From: Eledone cirrhosa | Taxonomy: Eukaryota | Reading direction: 5' to 3' | DNA length: 64,000 bases | Assembly (NCBI GenBank): GCA_964016885.1 | Contig: OZ024742.1 | Span: 285,820,001-285,884,000 of the forward strand | Shown here: positions 42,373-55,352 of the stretch, one piece after another | Numbering within the stretch: the stretch's first letter is position 1 | How the letters are laid out: each line of letters starts with the position of its first letter | Notes under the pieces: generated by a model | Databases searched by the model: none | Seen by the model: the letters and a program-made list of their open reading frames with translations, nothing else | Told to the model about the DNA's origin: nothing | Translations under genes and position numbers: made by a program

Positions 42373-42807
42373 CACTATTCCTACCACCACCACCACTATC
42401 ACCACCACCAGCACCAGCTATTCCTACCACAACCACCACTATCACCACCAGCACCAGCACCACCACAATAAAAGCTACATAATAGTAAAAGAAAATCATG
42501 TAATTATCATTATGGCTATTAAAATGTTACTAGTGATGACGTCACCAGATAGAGAAAGGGTCCATTGTTGATATTCAATTAGTCTTTCATTAGAGACAAA
42601 TATTATGTCAGCTGCTTATAGATGGATTTCTATAATGTGCCCCCCCCCCCCTCTCTCTCTCTCTCTCACTAGCCTCTTTCTCTCCAGTTCTCTCTCTTTC
42701 CCTGTATACATCTCACTCTCTCTTTCTCCCTTTCTAAACGTCTATCGCTGTCTTTATGCGCACACACTCGCACACATATATACACACACACGCATATATA
42801 TATATAC

Positions 42808-42843
<36 letters not shown>

Positions 42844-42928
42844 ATATATATATGTATATATATATATATGTATATATGCATATATATATGTATATATATA
42901 TGTTTATATATATATATGTATGTATACA

Positions 42929-42965
<37 letters not shown>

Positions 42966-42968
<3 letters not shown>

Positions 42969-43155
42969 AACAAGTAAGACCCCGACGGCTGAGCTCAAGC
43001 CGTTTCGACGGCTAATTCTGTACTGAATTAGCCGTCGAAACGGCTTGAGCTCAGCCGTCGGGGTCTTACTTGTTCCTATTACCCACTCTACTACCCCAAG
43101 TATTGAGTACTTTGGTGCGTTATGGACCACTTGGTTTCTTACCACATTTCCTTCG

Positions 43156-43158
<3 letters not shown>
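42966..43158 (+). mobile_element. Palindromic PLE terminal-repeat remnant (HHR 3' half plus tail)
   Basis: GAATTAGCCGTC-GAAA-CGGCT tgagctc AGCCG-TC-GGGG at 43025-43063, mirrored upstream. Confidence 0.78.
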
Positions 43159-43203
<45 letters not shown>

Positions 43204-43416
43204 ATATATATACGCACATACACGTGAGCACACACACACGAGACTCTGAGAATGTGTGCGCGTGTTAATGTTGGGGTTGTTGACTTATAGAATTATTTAT
43301 AGCAAGACATTTACTGATGGGGGACTCAGTTACTTTACTAATGGATTGACTTTATCTCTATATTTTGCCGCCTTCAGTGGTTAATTCATCCAGTCTGGTG
43401 GGTGAATTTATATATG

Positions 43417-43525
<109 letters not shown>

Positions 43526-43624
43526 CTGTGTGTGTACGTGTGTGTGTAATCCTGATGTATATCGGGAGGTGACCACGGTTGAAAAAGGGGCTCAATGCGT
43601 TATTATAGGCATATTTAATTTATG

Positions 43625-43740
43625 ATAGAAATCACTTCTACAGGACTAGAACTGTTTCATTCGTAAGAAATCATCAGGAAAGTCCTGATGATTTTCTACG
43701 AATGAAACCACTGCTCTAGTCCTATAGAAGTCATTACTAT
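43625..43740. mobile_element. Inverted repeat with back-to-back HHR core motifs
   Basis: CTGATGA-T-TTC ttac GAA-T-GAAA on minus (43655-43677) and a variant on plus (43685-43707); stem I not resolvable. Confidence 0.55.
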
Positions 43741-43765
43741 ATTATATATATCTATATCTAACATA

Positions 43766-45080
43766 GGCTGCTAAATGGTAGAGTCGTTAAGCGTCAGATA
43801 GAGTGTTTTATGGTATTCGTTTTGGCTTTCTGATATTTGGGTTCTAATCCCGTCGTGGTCAACCTTTCATCCTTTCAAGGTCGATAAAAAATGTACCAGT
43901 CTAGTACTGAGGTTGATTCTCTTCCTCTATATCTCTTTCTCACTTTTCTATCCTTCTCTGGAAGAAATCTGCTTATTCAGACCTGGAGAGGGATAGGCTC
44001 CGCCAGGCTTTAAAATGCCCTGGAAATGCCATTACGGTGACCCTACGAATCCATCAGGAGTTACAGGATCATGCATACATATATACCATAGTGTTAACGT
44101 CTATATATATATATATAAATATATATGCAAGGCCCTCTGTAAAGGTGGTTCCTTGTGCATATGTGTGTCTAAAGACCCAGTTCATTTGGTTGGAGTACTG
44201 GAAAGGTTAAAGCATCGGAGGTGATAGCTTGCGGTATCTGTTTCAGCTCTTTATAATTTGCGTATCCTTGCGTTAGTCACTAGTGCTAAACTTGTGGTGC
44301 GGGGAGGGTTAGGGTTAGGGTTTGGTCGGTGGTTTGGGGAGGGGAGTTTTTTATGCATGAGGAACTACTGATCTTTCACAAATGTACATAGTCCATGGCT
44401 TCGGCTTGGAAAGGAACTTTTCATGCGCCAAACGTCGAGGCATAGAGAAACCCTGGTTATCTGAAGTTGTTTCATCTATTTATTATTGTAATGAAGACGG
44501 CTTCATTACTAGTGACTAACGCAAGGATGCGCACATTTTTTAAGTACACCTAGAATGGAAATACTTTGGTTTCATCCATTCGAGGCCCATAAAAATAGTA
44601 CCAGTCTAGTACTAGGATCTATTCTTCCTCAATATCTCACTTCCATTCTCTCACTCTCTATCTCTCCTTCTCTGGAAGAAATCTGGTGTATTCAAACCTG
44701 GAGAGGAGATGGACTCCGCCAGGTTTTAAAATGTTGTAGAAATGCTCCCAATAAGGGTTACGGGACCTACACAAAGCAACAGAGTGAAAATAACAGGATT
44801 TAGGAGGATTTTAATCGCTTGAAATTCAGCTTCATTATTAATAGTTCAAATCCCGCCGAGGTTAACTTTGCCTTTCATCCTTAGGGGGTCGATAAAATAA
44901 AGTACCAGTAATGCACTGGGTAATTGCTGGCCTTGTGCCAAACGTAGAAACAATTATTAATAGTTCAAATCCCGCCGAGGTTAACTTTGCCTTTCATCCT
45001 TACGGGGTCGATAAAATAAAGAACCAGTAATGTACTGAGTAATTACTGGCCTTGTGCCAAAATTAGAAACAATTATTAAT
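43766..45080 (+). mobile_element. SINE cluster, including a copy interrupted by a MITE and a tandem-duplicated 3' half at ~44842-45080
   Basis: Family core motifs at ~43860, ~44570, ~44870 and ~44990. Confidence 0.75.
44255..44537. mobile_element. Unclassified MITE with ~25-30-bp TIRs
   Basis: gcgtatccttgcgttagtcactagt (44260-44284) pairs with actagtgactaacgcaaggatgcgc (44508-44532); internal (TTAGGG)2. Confidence 0.65.
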
Positions 45081-45643
45081 AGTTTACACATAGTTTACTT
45101 GCATCTGTGTGTAAGGTTTATAGGTATATTTATACAATTGTAGGAGCGAGGGCATTTGTCTGTATGTATGTAAGCTTTTTATGTATGTATATACTTACGT
45201 ATATATATAGACACCTACGTACATGTGTCGACAATACCTACGTACAAATGTAGACACGTACGTAAATATATCGATATAAATAAATCAAGCGTTACCACAA
45301 AAGTTCTAGCTCTGTAGAAGCCATTTCTATATTGAATTTTATATATATGTATGTGTGTGTGAGTTTGTGTGTGTGTGTGTGTACTTACGAGCGTATATAT
45401 GTATAATTGCATATGTCTACATACGTACATATGTATGAAACTATGTATATATATGTATCTATGTATCTATGGTCTTATGAGTGATTATATGTAAAATTGT
45501 ATATGCGTACGTACGTACATATGTACGAAAGTTTCTATGGATGTTAGCTTATATGATTATATTTGTGTGTTCATGCATACATCATACATATGAACGCATT
45601 TACGAACGTATGAGCTAATATACGATATATGAATGTATGTATG

Positions 45644-46105
45644 TTATCTCTTTCTCTTAATTTCGAGTATATTTTTTTGACCAGCCACCTTTCTAGTGGC
45701 AAGGTTGTAAAAGAAAAGAAATTGTCATCCCTTGAATCGCTTGAATGTTTTGCAAATTTTGAAGGTGCCAGCTATCGCAACCATTTACAGACTATGAATT
45801 AGGGAGCTGCGCTCTTTGTCCGCAAATCCAATTTCAGTCATACTTTGGTCCAAGCGGGTTGGTATATAACCCGTAGCTCCAATAATGATGGGTATGAAGC
45901 TAAAAGTGTATCTTGGATACTGGATTTGTAAACTCCTCATCAATGGTCCGTAGATGTCCCCCTTCTCCTGTATTTTTCTGACAACGTTTACATCAAGTGG
46001 GCAGCTGATCTCCACAACAGAACACGTTTTCGATGTGTGGTCCCAAATAACAATATCAGGCCGGTTGTGCTTTAATTTGGTGGCAGTTTTTATTTTCAGG
46101 CTCCA
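45644..46105 (-). mobile_element. 5'-truncated copy of the R4/Dong-type LINE (REL domain plus 3' UTR)
   Basis: Highly similar to 55353-55815; HNRPDIVIWD...VVEISCP; flanked by (TATG)n. Confidence 0.9.
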
Positions 46106-46202
46106 TGTATGTATGTATGTATGTATGTATGTATGTATGTATGTATGTATGTATGTATGTATGTATGTATGTATGTATGTATGTATATATTTAAGTATGT
46201 AT

Positions 46203-46795
46203 GTCAGGTCACCAGTTGGTGCTACTGGTAACATGTATCCCAGTACAACCTGTCCCATGGTCGGGTCGTTGGCAACTAAACTGGCAACCCCACCAAGGTT
46301 TCTTGGTGAGGAGGGTGACTTTGGACATCCTGCAGGACTAAAAGCAAAACCTGTCAAAGGGCAAAGGAGCTCTTAAGAGTCAATGGCCATCCAAAATCAC
46401 CGGGAGAGATGATCCCTTAGCCTTTGTCAAGGCAGAATTCTAGGAGAAGGAAAACTCTGATATAACACCTGCAACCCTGATGGTATCCAATGATGTTGAC
46501 TTGTCCTTTTTGGTAAATATCATCTTGGTTAAGAGAGTGGGACTGGCTTTATGCAGTGCCTTTGCTCACTATAAAAGCTTCACGGCACAGGCATTGCTTT
46601 ATATCTGGAGATCTCTCTGCACTTGTCGTCACATGGTACCATGGGCCCAGCACTATGTGTCAATAATTGTCACAAGTGTAGTGTTTGTACCCGAGTTTTC
46701 AAGTCGCTGGCTGGACTAAAAAGTCACACTCGTTCAGCGCATCCTACATGGATATAAAGTAGTGGCCGTACTCGAAAACGAGTTGGCAGTCACCA
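46203..46795 (+). mobile_element. ~600-bp non-coding retroposed element with ~14-16-bp target-site duplication
   Basis: (a)tttaagtatgtatgt immediately before (46189-46204) and after (46795-46810); near-identical to 59422-60030. Orientation is inferred. Confidence 0.85.
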
Positions 46796-46983
46796 TTTAA
46801 GTATGTATGTATGAATGTATGTGTGTGTGTATGTATGTATGAATGTATGTATGTATATATGTTTATATGTATGTATGCATGTGTGTATGCATACACCTAA
46901 GTGTACGTACATATGTGTATACGTAGGTGTACCTCTACAAGTGCGTCCGTATACATGCATGTATGTATGCCTATATGTGTATG

Positions 46984-47039
<56 letters not shown>

Positions 47040-47229
47040 AATTCACGTGCCAATATATTAGTGTATCCCAGTTCATATCATGCACTTTATTCTTTTATCC
47101 AGCGGGTTGATCCGTTTATGAATGCATGGCAAGTTAGAACATCTGTACTTACAAACCGTGATTATATGAATGAGAGTGAAGACAGCAGCGGCTCTGGTGG
47201 CGACTACAACGGGCTGTGGTGGCGGAGGC

Positions 47230-47286
<57 letters not shown>

Positions 47287-47429
47287 GATATATCTTGTGA
47301 TCAGAGCAGGTCACGAGATGTTTAGAATAAGAAGGGAACTGTCATAAAACATATCATGGATGATAAAGTTATTTTCAGGGGCTAATAGATACATTGTTTG
47401 GATGGGCGGGAAAATATAAAAGTAACTGT

Positions 47430-47533
47430 AATGAGAGAGGGAGGGGGGGATTGAGAGAGGGAGACAGAGAGAGAGAAAGAGAGAGAGAAGACCGCTATGA
47501 TGGCGGGGAAGGGGCATAGACAGGCAGAGAGAG

Positions 47534-47617
<84 letters not shown>

Positions 47618-47995
47618 CAAAAGGATAAGAGAGAAGATTGCTATGATGGTGGAGGTGTGGGCATAGAGAGACAGAGAGTGCTTGAGAGAGAGTGAGAGAG
47701 AAAGAAAGAAAGAGAGAGAGAGACAGACAGAGAGAGAAAGGTTAAGAAGGAAGATTGCTATGATGTCGGAGGCATAGATAGAGAGAGAGAGAGAGAGTGA
47801 TTGAGATAGAGTGAGAGGAAAAGAGAGAATATTGCTACCATGTCAGGGTGGGGGCATAGAAAGAGAAAGATAGAGAGAGAAAGAGAGTAAAAGGATAAGA
47901 GAGAAGATTGCTATGATGTTGGGTGGGGGCATAGAGAGCAAAGATCGATTGAGAGAGAGAGAGAAAGAAAGATCGATTGAAAGAGAGAGAGAGAC
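47430..47995. repeat. Degenerate GA-rich minisatellite
   Basis: Recurrent gagaagattgctatgatg...ggcatag motif within (GA)n. Confidence 0.7.
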
Positions 47996-48215
47996 GTATA
48001 TAAAATGTACATACAAACCTACAAGTACATACATGTACTTGGTAAGAGGAAATAAATAAAAAGTATGGCGTCGTAATGAAGATGCATTAAATACATAGAA
48101 AAAACACGCACGATGTGTATATATATATATAAGTGTGTGTGTATGTATATATATATATAAATGTATTTACGTATATATATATATGTGTGTGTGTGTGTAT
48201 TTATATGTATGTATT

Positions 48216-48296
<81 letters not shown>

Positions 48297-48599
48297 CTCT
48301 CTATATATACCCGCGTGTGCATATATATGTATATGAATAAAGGAAAAGAATCACTTCACTTGTATTTGGTATTCTACAACAATTTAATTTTATAATTTTA
48401 CAATTTTATAATTATAGAATTGTAAAATTGCAAATTTTTTAGAACTACAAGTGAAGCCATTCTTTTCCTTTTTTCAAATACACCTAACTGTATCAAGGAT
48501 TTCACACATTTTCCAATATATATATATGAATATGTGTGTTTTATAAATGATAGTTAATTTAAAACTCCACCATATTTGGCTTTCCAAACCATGTTGTAT

Positions 48600-48790
48600 T
48601 AGGTGGATTGGCAGTATCGGTTCAGGGTCGGACGCCATGCTTTCCAGCATAGAGTTATGTTCCTTTGTGGTCTGAGTTCAAATCCTGCCGAGGTTAACTT
48701 TGCCTTTCCTCCTTACAGGGTCGATAAAATAAAGTACCAGTAACATACTGGGATAATTGCTGGCCTTGTGCCAAAAGTAGAAACAATTAA
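48600..48790 (+). mobile_element. tRNA-derived SINE
   Basis: A/B-box and family core. Confidence 0.85.
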
Positions 48791-48874
48791 TGTATATTAG
48801 TCATAATTAAACATGCTAGAGTTATCAAACTTGGAGAATGTAGAAGCTATAACTTGCATCAGAATTATCGATAA

Positions 48875-50646
48875 CACCGTGTAACAAAAAAAGATCTTTT
48901 CTCTATTCCTGGTTTGTAATCACTTTTTTGTGTTGCTTAGGTCCCAAATAAATAAAAAAAAAGTGCTATTAAACAGTTAAAAGTTTGGGTTTGTAAAAAT
49001 TCTAAGCTATTCACTAGAATTATTTGTATGCTGGATTTTACGTTGTATGTAAGTTTAATTTGCTTATGTTAAATCATTTTTTTAATATATGTTTCAGGTT
49101 AAATTAAAATTATAAAATAAAGAGTAATACCTAAAGAAAATTATAAATTAATAAAGTATAAAATTGTTAAAAATTGGATTAAAGAGATTTATTGATACTA
49201 GGGTACCAGAAAAGGTTCCTCACTTCGCAAAACAAAAAGAAGTCAATGACTTGGTCAGGGATATGGGTATGACCAAGTCCAATGCAGAGCTATTCGTCTC
49301 CAGGATGAAGCAGTGGAACTTGGTCAATAAGGAAGTGCAGGTGACAAGTCAGAGAAGTCGACACGAACCTTTCTCAGGCTTTTACACTCTTAGGGATGGC
49401 CTCTGCTTCTGCCATGACGTGCCTGGACTGTTTGACGTTATTGGGGTGCCGTTTGTGCCCAGGGAGTTGCGGCTATTTATAGACAGCTCCACCACCAGTT
49501 TGAAAGCTGTCCTCCTCTACAATGGAAACAAGTTCCCGACACTGCCTGAAGGAAGATTACTACAGTGTGAAAGTCCTCTTGGAAGCTCTGCAATACAACC
49601 AGTACAATTGGGAAATCATTGGAGACTTCAAGATGGTGGCTTTCCTGCTTGGACTCCAAGGAGGCTTTATCAAATTCCAATGCTTCCTTTGCCTTTGGGA
49701 CAGCAGAGCCACCTCTGACCACTACAAAAGAAAGAACTGGGAGCAGCGAACAGAATTTGTAGTTGGGACCCAGAACGTCATGTGGGAGCCACTGATTGAT
49801 CCCAGGATTGTGCTCATGCCGCCACTGCACATTAAGTTGGGGTTGATGAAGCAGTTTGTGAAGGCTCTCAACCAAGAATCAGCCGCTTTTAAGTACCTTC
49901 TTGAGTTCTTCTCCAAGTTATCTGAGGCCAAAATCAAAGGTGGAATTTTTGTTGGACCTCAGATAAGAAGGTGTTTGAGTCTACCGAGTTCTCCAATAAG
50001 CTCAATAGGATTGAGAGAACAGCATGGAACTGTTTCAAGTCAGTTGTTAAGGGCTTCCTGGGCAACTACAGAGCTGAAAACTACCAGCAACTGGTGCAGG
50101 ATCTGATAAGGCTTTTGGCGCCATGGGATGCAGGATGTCGCTTAAACTCCATATGCTGGACGCTCACCTCGAAAATTTCAAGGACAATATGGGCACCTAC
50201 TCAGAAGAACAAGGCGAACGATTCCACCAAGATGTGAAAGAGATAGAGCGGAGGTACCAGGGGCACTACAATGAAAAAGTGATGGGGGACTATATCTGGG
50301 GGCTAGTGCGGGAATGCGACCTGGACTCAACCGCAAATCCAGGAAATCCAGTCATTTCTGACGTGTATAAGTTGCTTTATAAGTGTTATTTGCTTTTACT
50401 TGTTTGCTGTTGATAAGCTTGTGTAATAAAATAAATATATACTCTGTTGATTTAATTATATGAATTGATAAATTTAAAAAAAATGTGCTTTTTCTTGAAA
50501 AATAGGAAATTTTCGAAATATCAAACTCCTGACCACAAACCCAAACTTCTGAATTAAATAATAGTGTTTTTTAAAAATAATAATGGGATATAACAAACCA
50601 TGAAATGACACTTAGAACCGGGGAACAAAAAATATGTTACACGGTG
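48875..50646 (+). mobile_element. Chapaev3-like (CMC superfamily) DNA transposon, internally deleted
   Basis: Perfect 12-bp TIR CACCGTGTAACA/TGTTACACGGTG; TAA duplication at 48872-48874 and 50647-50649; transposase remnants LFIDSS, GDFKMV..LLGLQGGF, PPLHIKLGLMKQFVKAL, SEEQGERFHQD. Confidence 0.8.
49200..50360 (+). pseudogene. Frameshifted Chapaev3-like transposase
   Basis: Four overlapping ORF pieces (49164, 49522, 49971, 50123) are collinear parts of one protein; the N-terminus is missing. Confidence 0.8.
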
Positions 50647-51483
50647 TAATTCCATGGAAAAAGCAATAAAAATGGGCCGAGTTGCAATTTTGTGTTAAAA
50701 TATATTAAATATATGTTAAATATACACCAGTGAAGGCGTGTGGTATAGTAGTTATGGGCGTTCGGTTCTCAGTCGTAATGTTGAAGAATGGCCGAGTTGC
50801 AGTTCTGTTAAATACATCTTAAATATATGTTAAGCATATACCGCTGATGGCGCGTGGGTTAGTGGTTCGGGACATTCGGCTGTCAAGCATAATGTCGTGA
50901 GTTCGCTTCTGGCAACGTGATGTGTATTAATTTACATTGCACCAATCCTTTCAGGTGTAAACAATATGACTTGTATCTGTACTTGAATTAATCAATTTCT
51001 AGTGTCAGGTTTGTCATACGCTGTGTTACACTGAAACTTCTTAAGATGTACCTTATGGATGCACGTGTTTTGGGAATGCTAAGTCACTTATATGTTAATG
51101 TCGCAAGCAGGTGGCGATCCAACAAACAATAACGATATGCCAAATGATGAGTGAATATTGAGGTAACATCTTGTATAGGATGATATTTTTAATGAATTAT
51201 TGTGTTTTTTACAGAGGTGTGTTTATGGGATGATAATTTTAATGAATTTAATGTGTTTTATACAGAGGGAAGTTTGTATGAAATAACCTCACTGTTATTT
51301 CATACACGGTGGTTTTAAAACGTTGTTATTTAGCATAATGTCTATACATGGTTTTAAAATTATTTTACAATGAATTAATTATAGTTATGAATATGTATGT
51401 ATCGAACGATGAAGGTTCGAGCACATCTTCCTCTATTGTGTCTCCCGCGAGTTGGTTCCCACAGGAGAGAGATATATCGATCG

Positions 51484-52020
51484 ATCATCATCATCATCAT
51501 GATCATTGCGACCACAATCAAATATTCTTGACAAAGTCTCTCCAAAATTGATGTTTTCCATTGTTACTGGCAACTGCCCCCTAATAAGGTTTACATAGTC
51601 TGAGAGTTGATCGATGAAGGTTTCAGCAAGTCTTCCTCTACTGTGTCTCCCGTGAGTTGTTACCACAATGGTAGCTTGTTTATAACTTCCTGCTTACTTC
51701 TCTAGCAATGTCCTGCAAATCGTAACCGCCTTTGAGCAATTGTAGTCGTTATCTTTGGCAAGTTTCCTTATACACTTTCATTTGTAATAGGTTGACGCCA
51801 GTTTATGTTTTGTACAACCCTAAACATTTTAGTGTGTGCCCCATCTAGTTTCTTTTCAAGTGCATGTGTTGGGGTCCATGCACCTGATCCATACAACAAT
51901 ACTGACTCAACAGATGTTCTGAAGAATGATATTTTGATTTTTCTGAGTAGATCTGACTTTCATATCCTCTCCATTTTGTCAGGAATGTTCGACTGCGGTC
52001 GCAATGTCGATGATGATGAC
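51484..52020 (-). mobile_element. Decayed RTE-clade LINE 3' end with (GAT)n tail
   Basis: HGRHSRGRLAETFIDQL motif; tail at 51484-51503; inverted copy of the terminus at ~51978-52020. Confidence 0.65.
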
Positions 52021-52024
52021 GAAT

Positions 52025-52350
52025 ATGTAGAATAGGGGAGCCGTAGTGACATACGGCGTTTCTTAAGGCATTTTCAAACCTGGTGGTGTCCATGTCCTCT
52101 CCAGGTCTGAACGCAGCAGATTTATTCCAGAGAAGGATAGTGAGACAATGGAAGAGGGGAAAGAGATATAGAGAAAGAATTGATCACAGTACTAGAGTGA
52201 TATTTTTTTTTTATCGATTTTGAATAGATGAAACGCAAAGTTGATCTCAGCGGAATTTGAACTCAGAGAGCAGTATTCATTCAGAGCCTGAATCAATACT
52301 ACAAAGCATTCTATCTGCCGTTCTAACGACTCTGCCAATTCGCCGCCCTA
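52025..52350 (-). mobile_element. tRNA-derived SINE (long-tail variant)
   Basis: Reverse complement of B-box and core; tail matches 23065-23160 and 43920-44015. Confidence 0.75.
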
Positions 52351-52639
52351 ATTAAAATTATGCTGGAACCAAATGAACTGAACGCCCTATATATAAATTA
52401 AATGTACTGCATAACCTATATTTAACGTATAGACATATTAATATTAATGAGTATGTTTAATATATTTGATATTACATGTAAACAACGTTCATTTTTATTT
52501 AGTTAATACGATAAACAAATGCACCATGCGTCATCATATAAAAGTTTCGTGGTACTGATGACAAACAAAATGACAAATGTATTACACTGAAGAATGGTGA
52601 TAGAAATGCACTGAAAGAACCAGTCCACATCAGGGGGCT

Positions 52640-53270
52640 TGTTCTTAAGGTTATCCATTTTTCCTTTATATTGTCTATTGAAATGCGAAGAACATAGTCT
52701 AAGCAGATATTGAAAAGTAATGGGATTAAAGTATCCCCTTGCAGCAGTACTCCAGCTACTATATTAAAAACGTTTCTATCACTGTTAGGTGAACGTATTA
52801 TGGATTTTGTGTTCACATAAAATACCACAATGGCGTCAACTGTCTCTCTTTGGGGGCGCCATGTGCGAAGAGTGTTTCTTTCATACCTCTGTGGATAGAA
52901 TCTTTTTATGAAATCGACAAAGAGAAGGGCAGCTTTTATGAAGCCAGTGAAGAGATGGGCAGCTTTTGAGAAGTCAACGAAAGGGAGAGGAGCTTTTCAT
53001 AAGTCAACGAAGAGGAGGATGGCTTTTATGAACTCATAGGAGAGAGCAGCTTCTGAGAAGTCAACGAAAAGGAGAGTAGCTTTAGAGAAGTCAACGAAGA
53101 GGAGAGAAGCATTTAGGTTCTTCATTTTTATCTTCTCAATTAATTTTCTCACTGTTTCGTTCGGATGTCGACCTATGTCTGCAAAAACCATTTTGATTTA
53201 AAAAAAAAATATTAAAACCTCTGGTCTTATACAATTGAGTAACATGTCATTGTAGATCTTGCTGCAATGA
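52640..53270 (-). pseudogene. Decayed RTE-clade reverse transcriptase fragment
   Basis: LLFVDFSKA (motif A) and GVLLQGDTLIPLLFNICLDYVLR (motif B). Confidence 0.8.
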
Positions 53271-53571
53271 CGATAGGTTTTGGCTATACAGGCATCCTAT
53301 TTTTGGGGGCATATAGGAAGATTCGGCATTGCCTCCAGAGTTCGATATTGTTTTGATTGATACTATATTGCATAATGTGAGCAGGATCTCGTCAGGCGAG
53401 ATTCGTCAGGTGAGATTCGTCAGGTGAGATTTCGTCTAAATAGCTTAGAAAATCAAGGAAAGACCCATTATAGAAAGGAAAAAAAAGTGACAAACGGTCG
53501 CTATGGAGAATCGAACTTCGTATCTTTCAGCACCCAAATGTATTTACAGTTATTTTTCTGCGGTTGGGTCT

Positions 53572-53624
<53 letters not shown>

Positions 53625-53653
53625 CTCTCTCTCTCTCGCTCTCTCTCGCTCTC

Positions 53654-53687
<34 letters not shown>

Positions 53688-53937
53688 GCTCTCTCTCTCT
53701 CTCTCGCTCTCTCTCTCCTTCGCGCGCGCGTCAGGGGTTAGAAAGTTCACTATGCAACCATATGTTAAAGGATTCAGTCATGCTACGTGTCATGTTAACA
53801 AGTGTTTTTTATATTGTATATACATACATATATGTTATTTTTACAAAATTAATTAATTTATATATACACATACTGTATATATATATAAATTTATATATAA
53901 ATATATATATATATGTGTGTGTGTATATATATATATA

Positions 53938-54093
<156 letters not shown>

Positions 54094-54113
54094 CATACAT
54101 ACATACACACACA

Positions 54114-54154
<41 letters not shown>

Positions 54155-54187
54155 ATACATACGTACATATATACATACATAAATACA

Positions 54188-54223
<36 letters not shown>

Positions 54224-54325
54224 CGTATATATGTGCGTGTGTGTGTATATGTGTGCTAATACATTCACGAATAACATTACTTCGAGGGGCTTTGCGCATC
54301 CATGATACTATATAAGATATATATA

Positions 54326-54417
<92 letters not shown>

Positions 54418-54693
54418 ATATATATATGCAATTCTCTAAAAAGACATTGATGTATATCAGATATATATATCATTAGGTCTTTAGAGACTGTGTCATTCTT
54501 GTCACTTCCCAAATATATTTTACTACTGAGTCTCATAGATACTTTCTTCGCCTATTTCTGTACTTTCTTTTCTCGCGTGTAAAGGTACGCATGTTGTTTT
54601 TTAGGTTATAACACGATATTAGAACATTTACAAATACTATATAGCAAGTGGTAAGCTGCGTTGTTTGGGAAGTTTATACGTATGGGTATGTGT

Positions 54694-54845
54694 TTGACGA
54701 GAGTTTATCTTTTCAATGGAAGCCCGCAAGGACTTTCCATTTATTTTTGAGACTCGAAACCGATTCGGTAAAGGTAACCATAGTAAGTACAGTGAATTTT
54801 TTGAAATTTATTTTGAAACTTTTTCTTATTTGCTAAACCTTGATT
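54694..54845 (+). mobile_element. 5'-truncated copy of the 482-nt HHR unit
   Basis: TGACGA-GAGTTT...AGACTC-GAAA-CCGATTCGG-TA-AAGG followed by the same 3' end as 11938-12012. Confidence 0.8.
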
Positions 54846-55225
54846 ATATATATATTTGGTGATGCCGCATCTTCCTATATGCCCCCCAAAATAGGATCCC
54901 TGTATAGCTGATGAACGAAATCCAACCGTGACCATCCCCACTGAAAGTTTTCGTGAAATAGTCTTTTCAAGACTATACAGAGCATTTGAAGCTGTCCCAA
55001 CTTGAAGGTTGAGTACTTTGTTTTATCATGAGTTAAGGCTCTATTGATTTTTCCCTGGATTTCTCTAAATTCTGTTGGATAAATCTATATCCTGATTCCT
55101 TTTGAATTGAGTCTGAATTATTTTTCCCATATCATATGTTAACTATTTTCCCATGTTGACGCTATAGTCACATATATCTTGTGGAATACTGTTGGCTTCT
55201 CGCTACAACACTTTCTATACTTTTC

Positions 55226-55298
<73 letters not shown>

Positions 55299-55352
55299 TG
55301 TATGTATGTATGTATGTATGTATGTATGTATGTATGTATGTATGTATGTATG

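Noticed and set aside
31322-42499. Minus-strand Trp/Cys/Val-rich ORFs (CLRVVLLWWWWCCVDGS)n as proteins
   Set aside because: Implausible composition, TTG starts, scattered stops, and common variants are non-synonymous; a by-product of the array.
44309-44320. Interstitial telomere
   Set aside because: Only two hexamers, lying inside a MITE.
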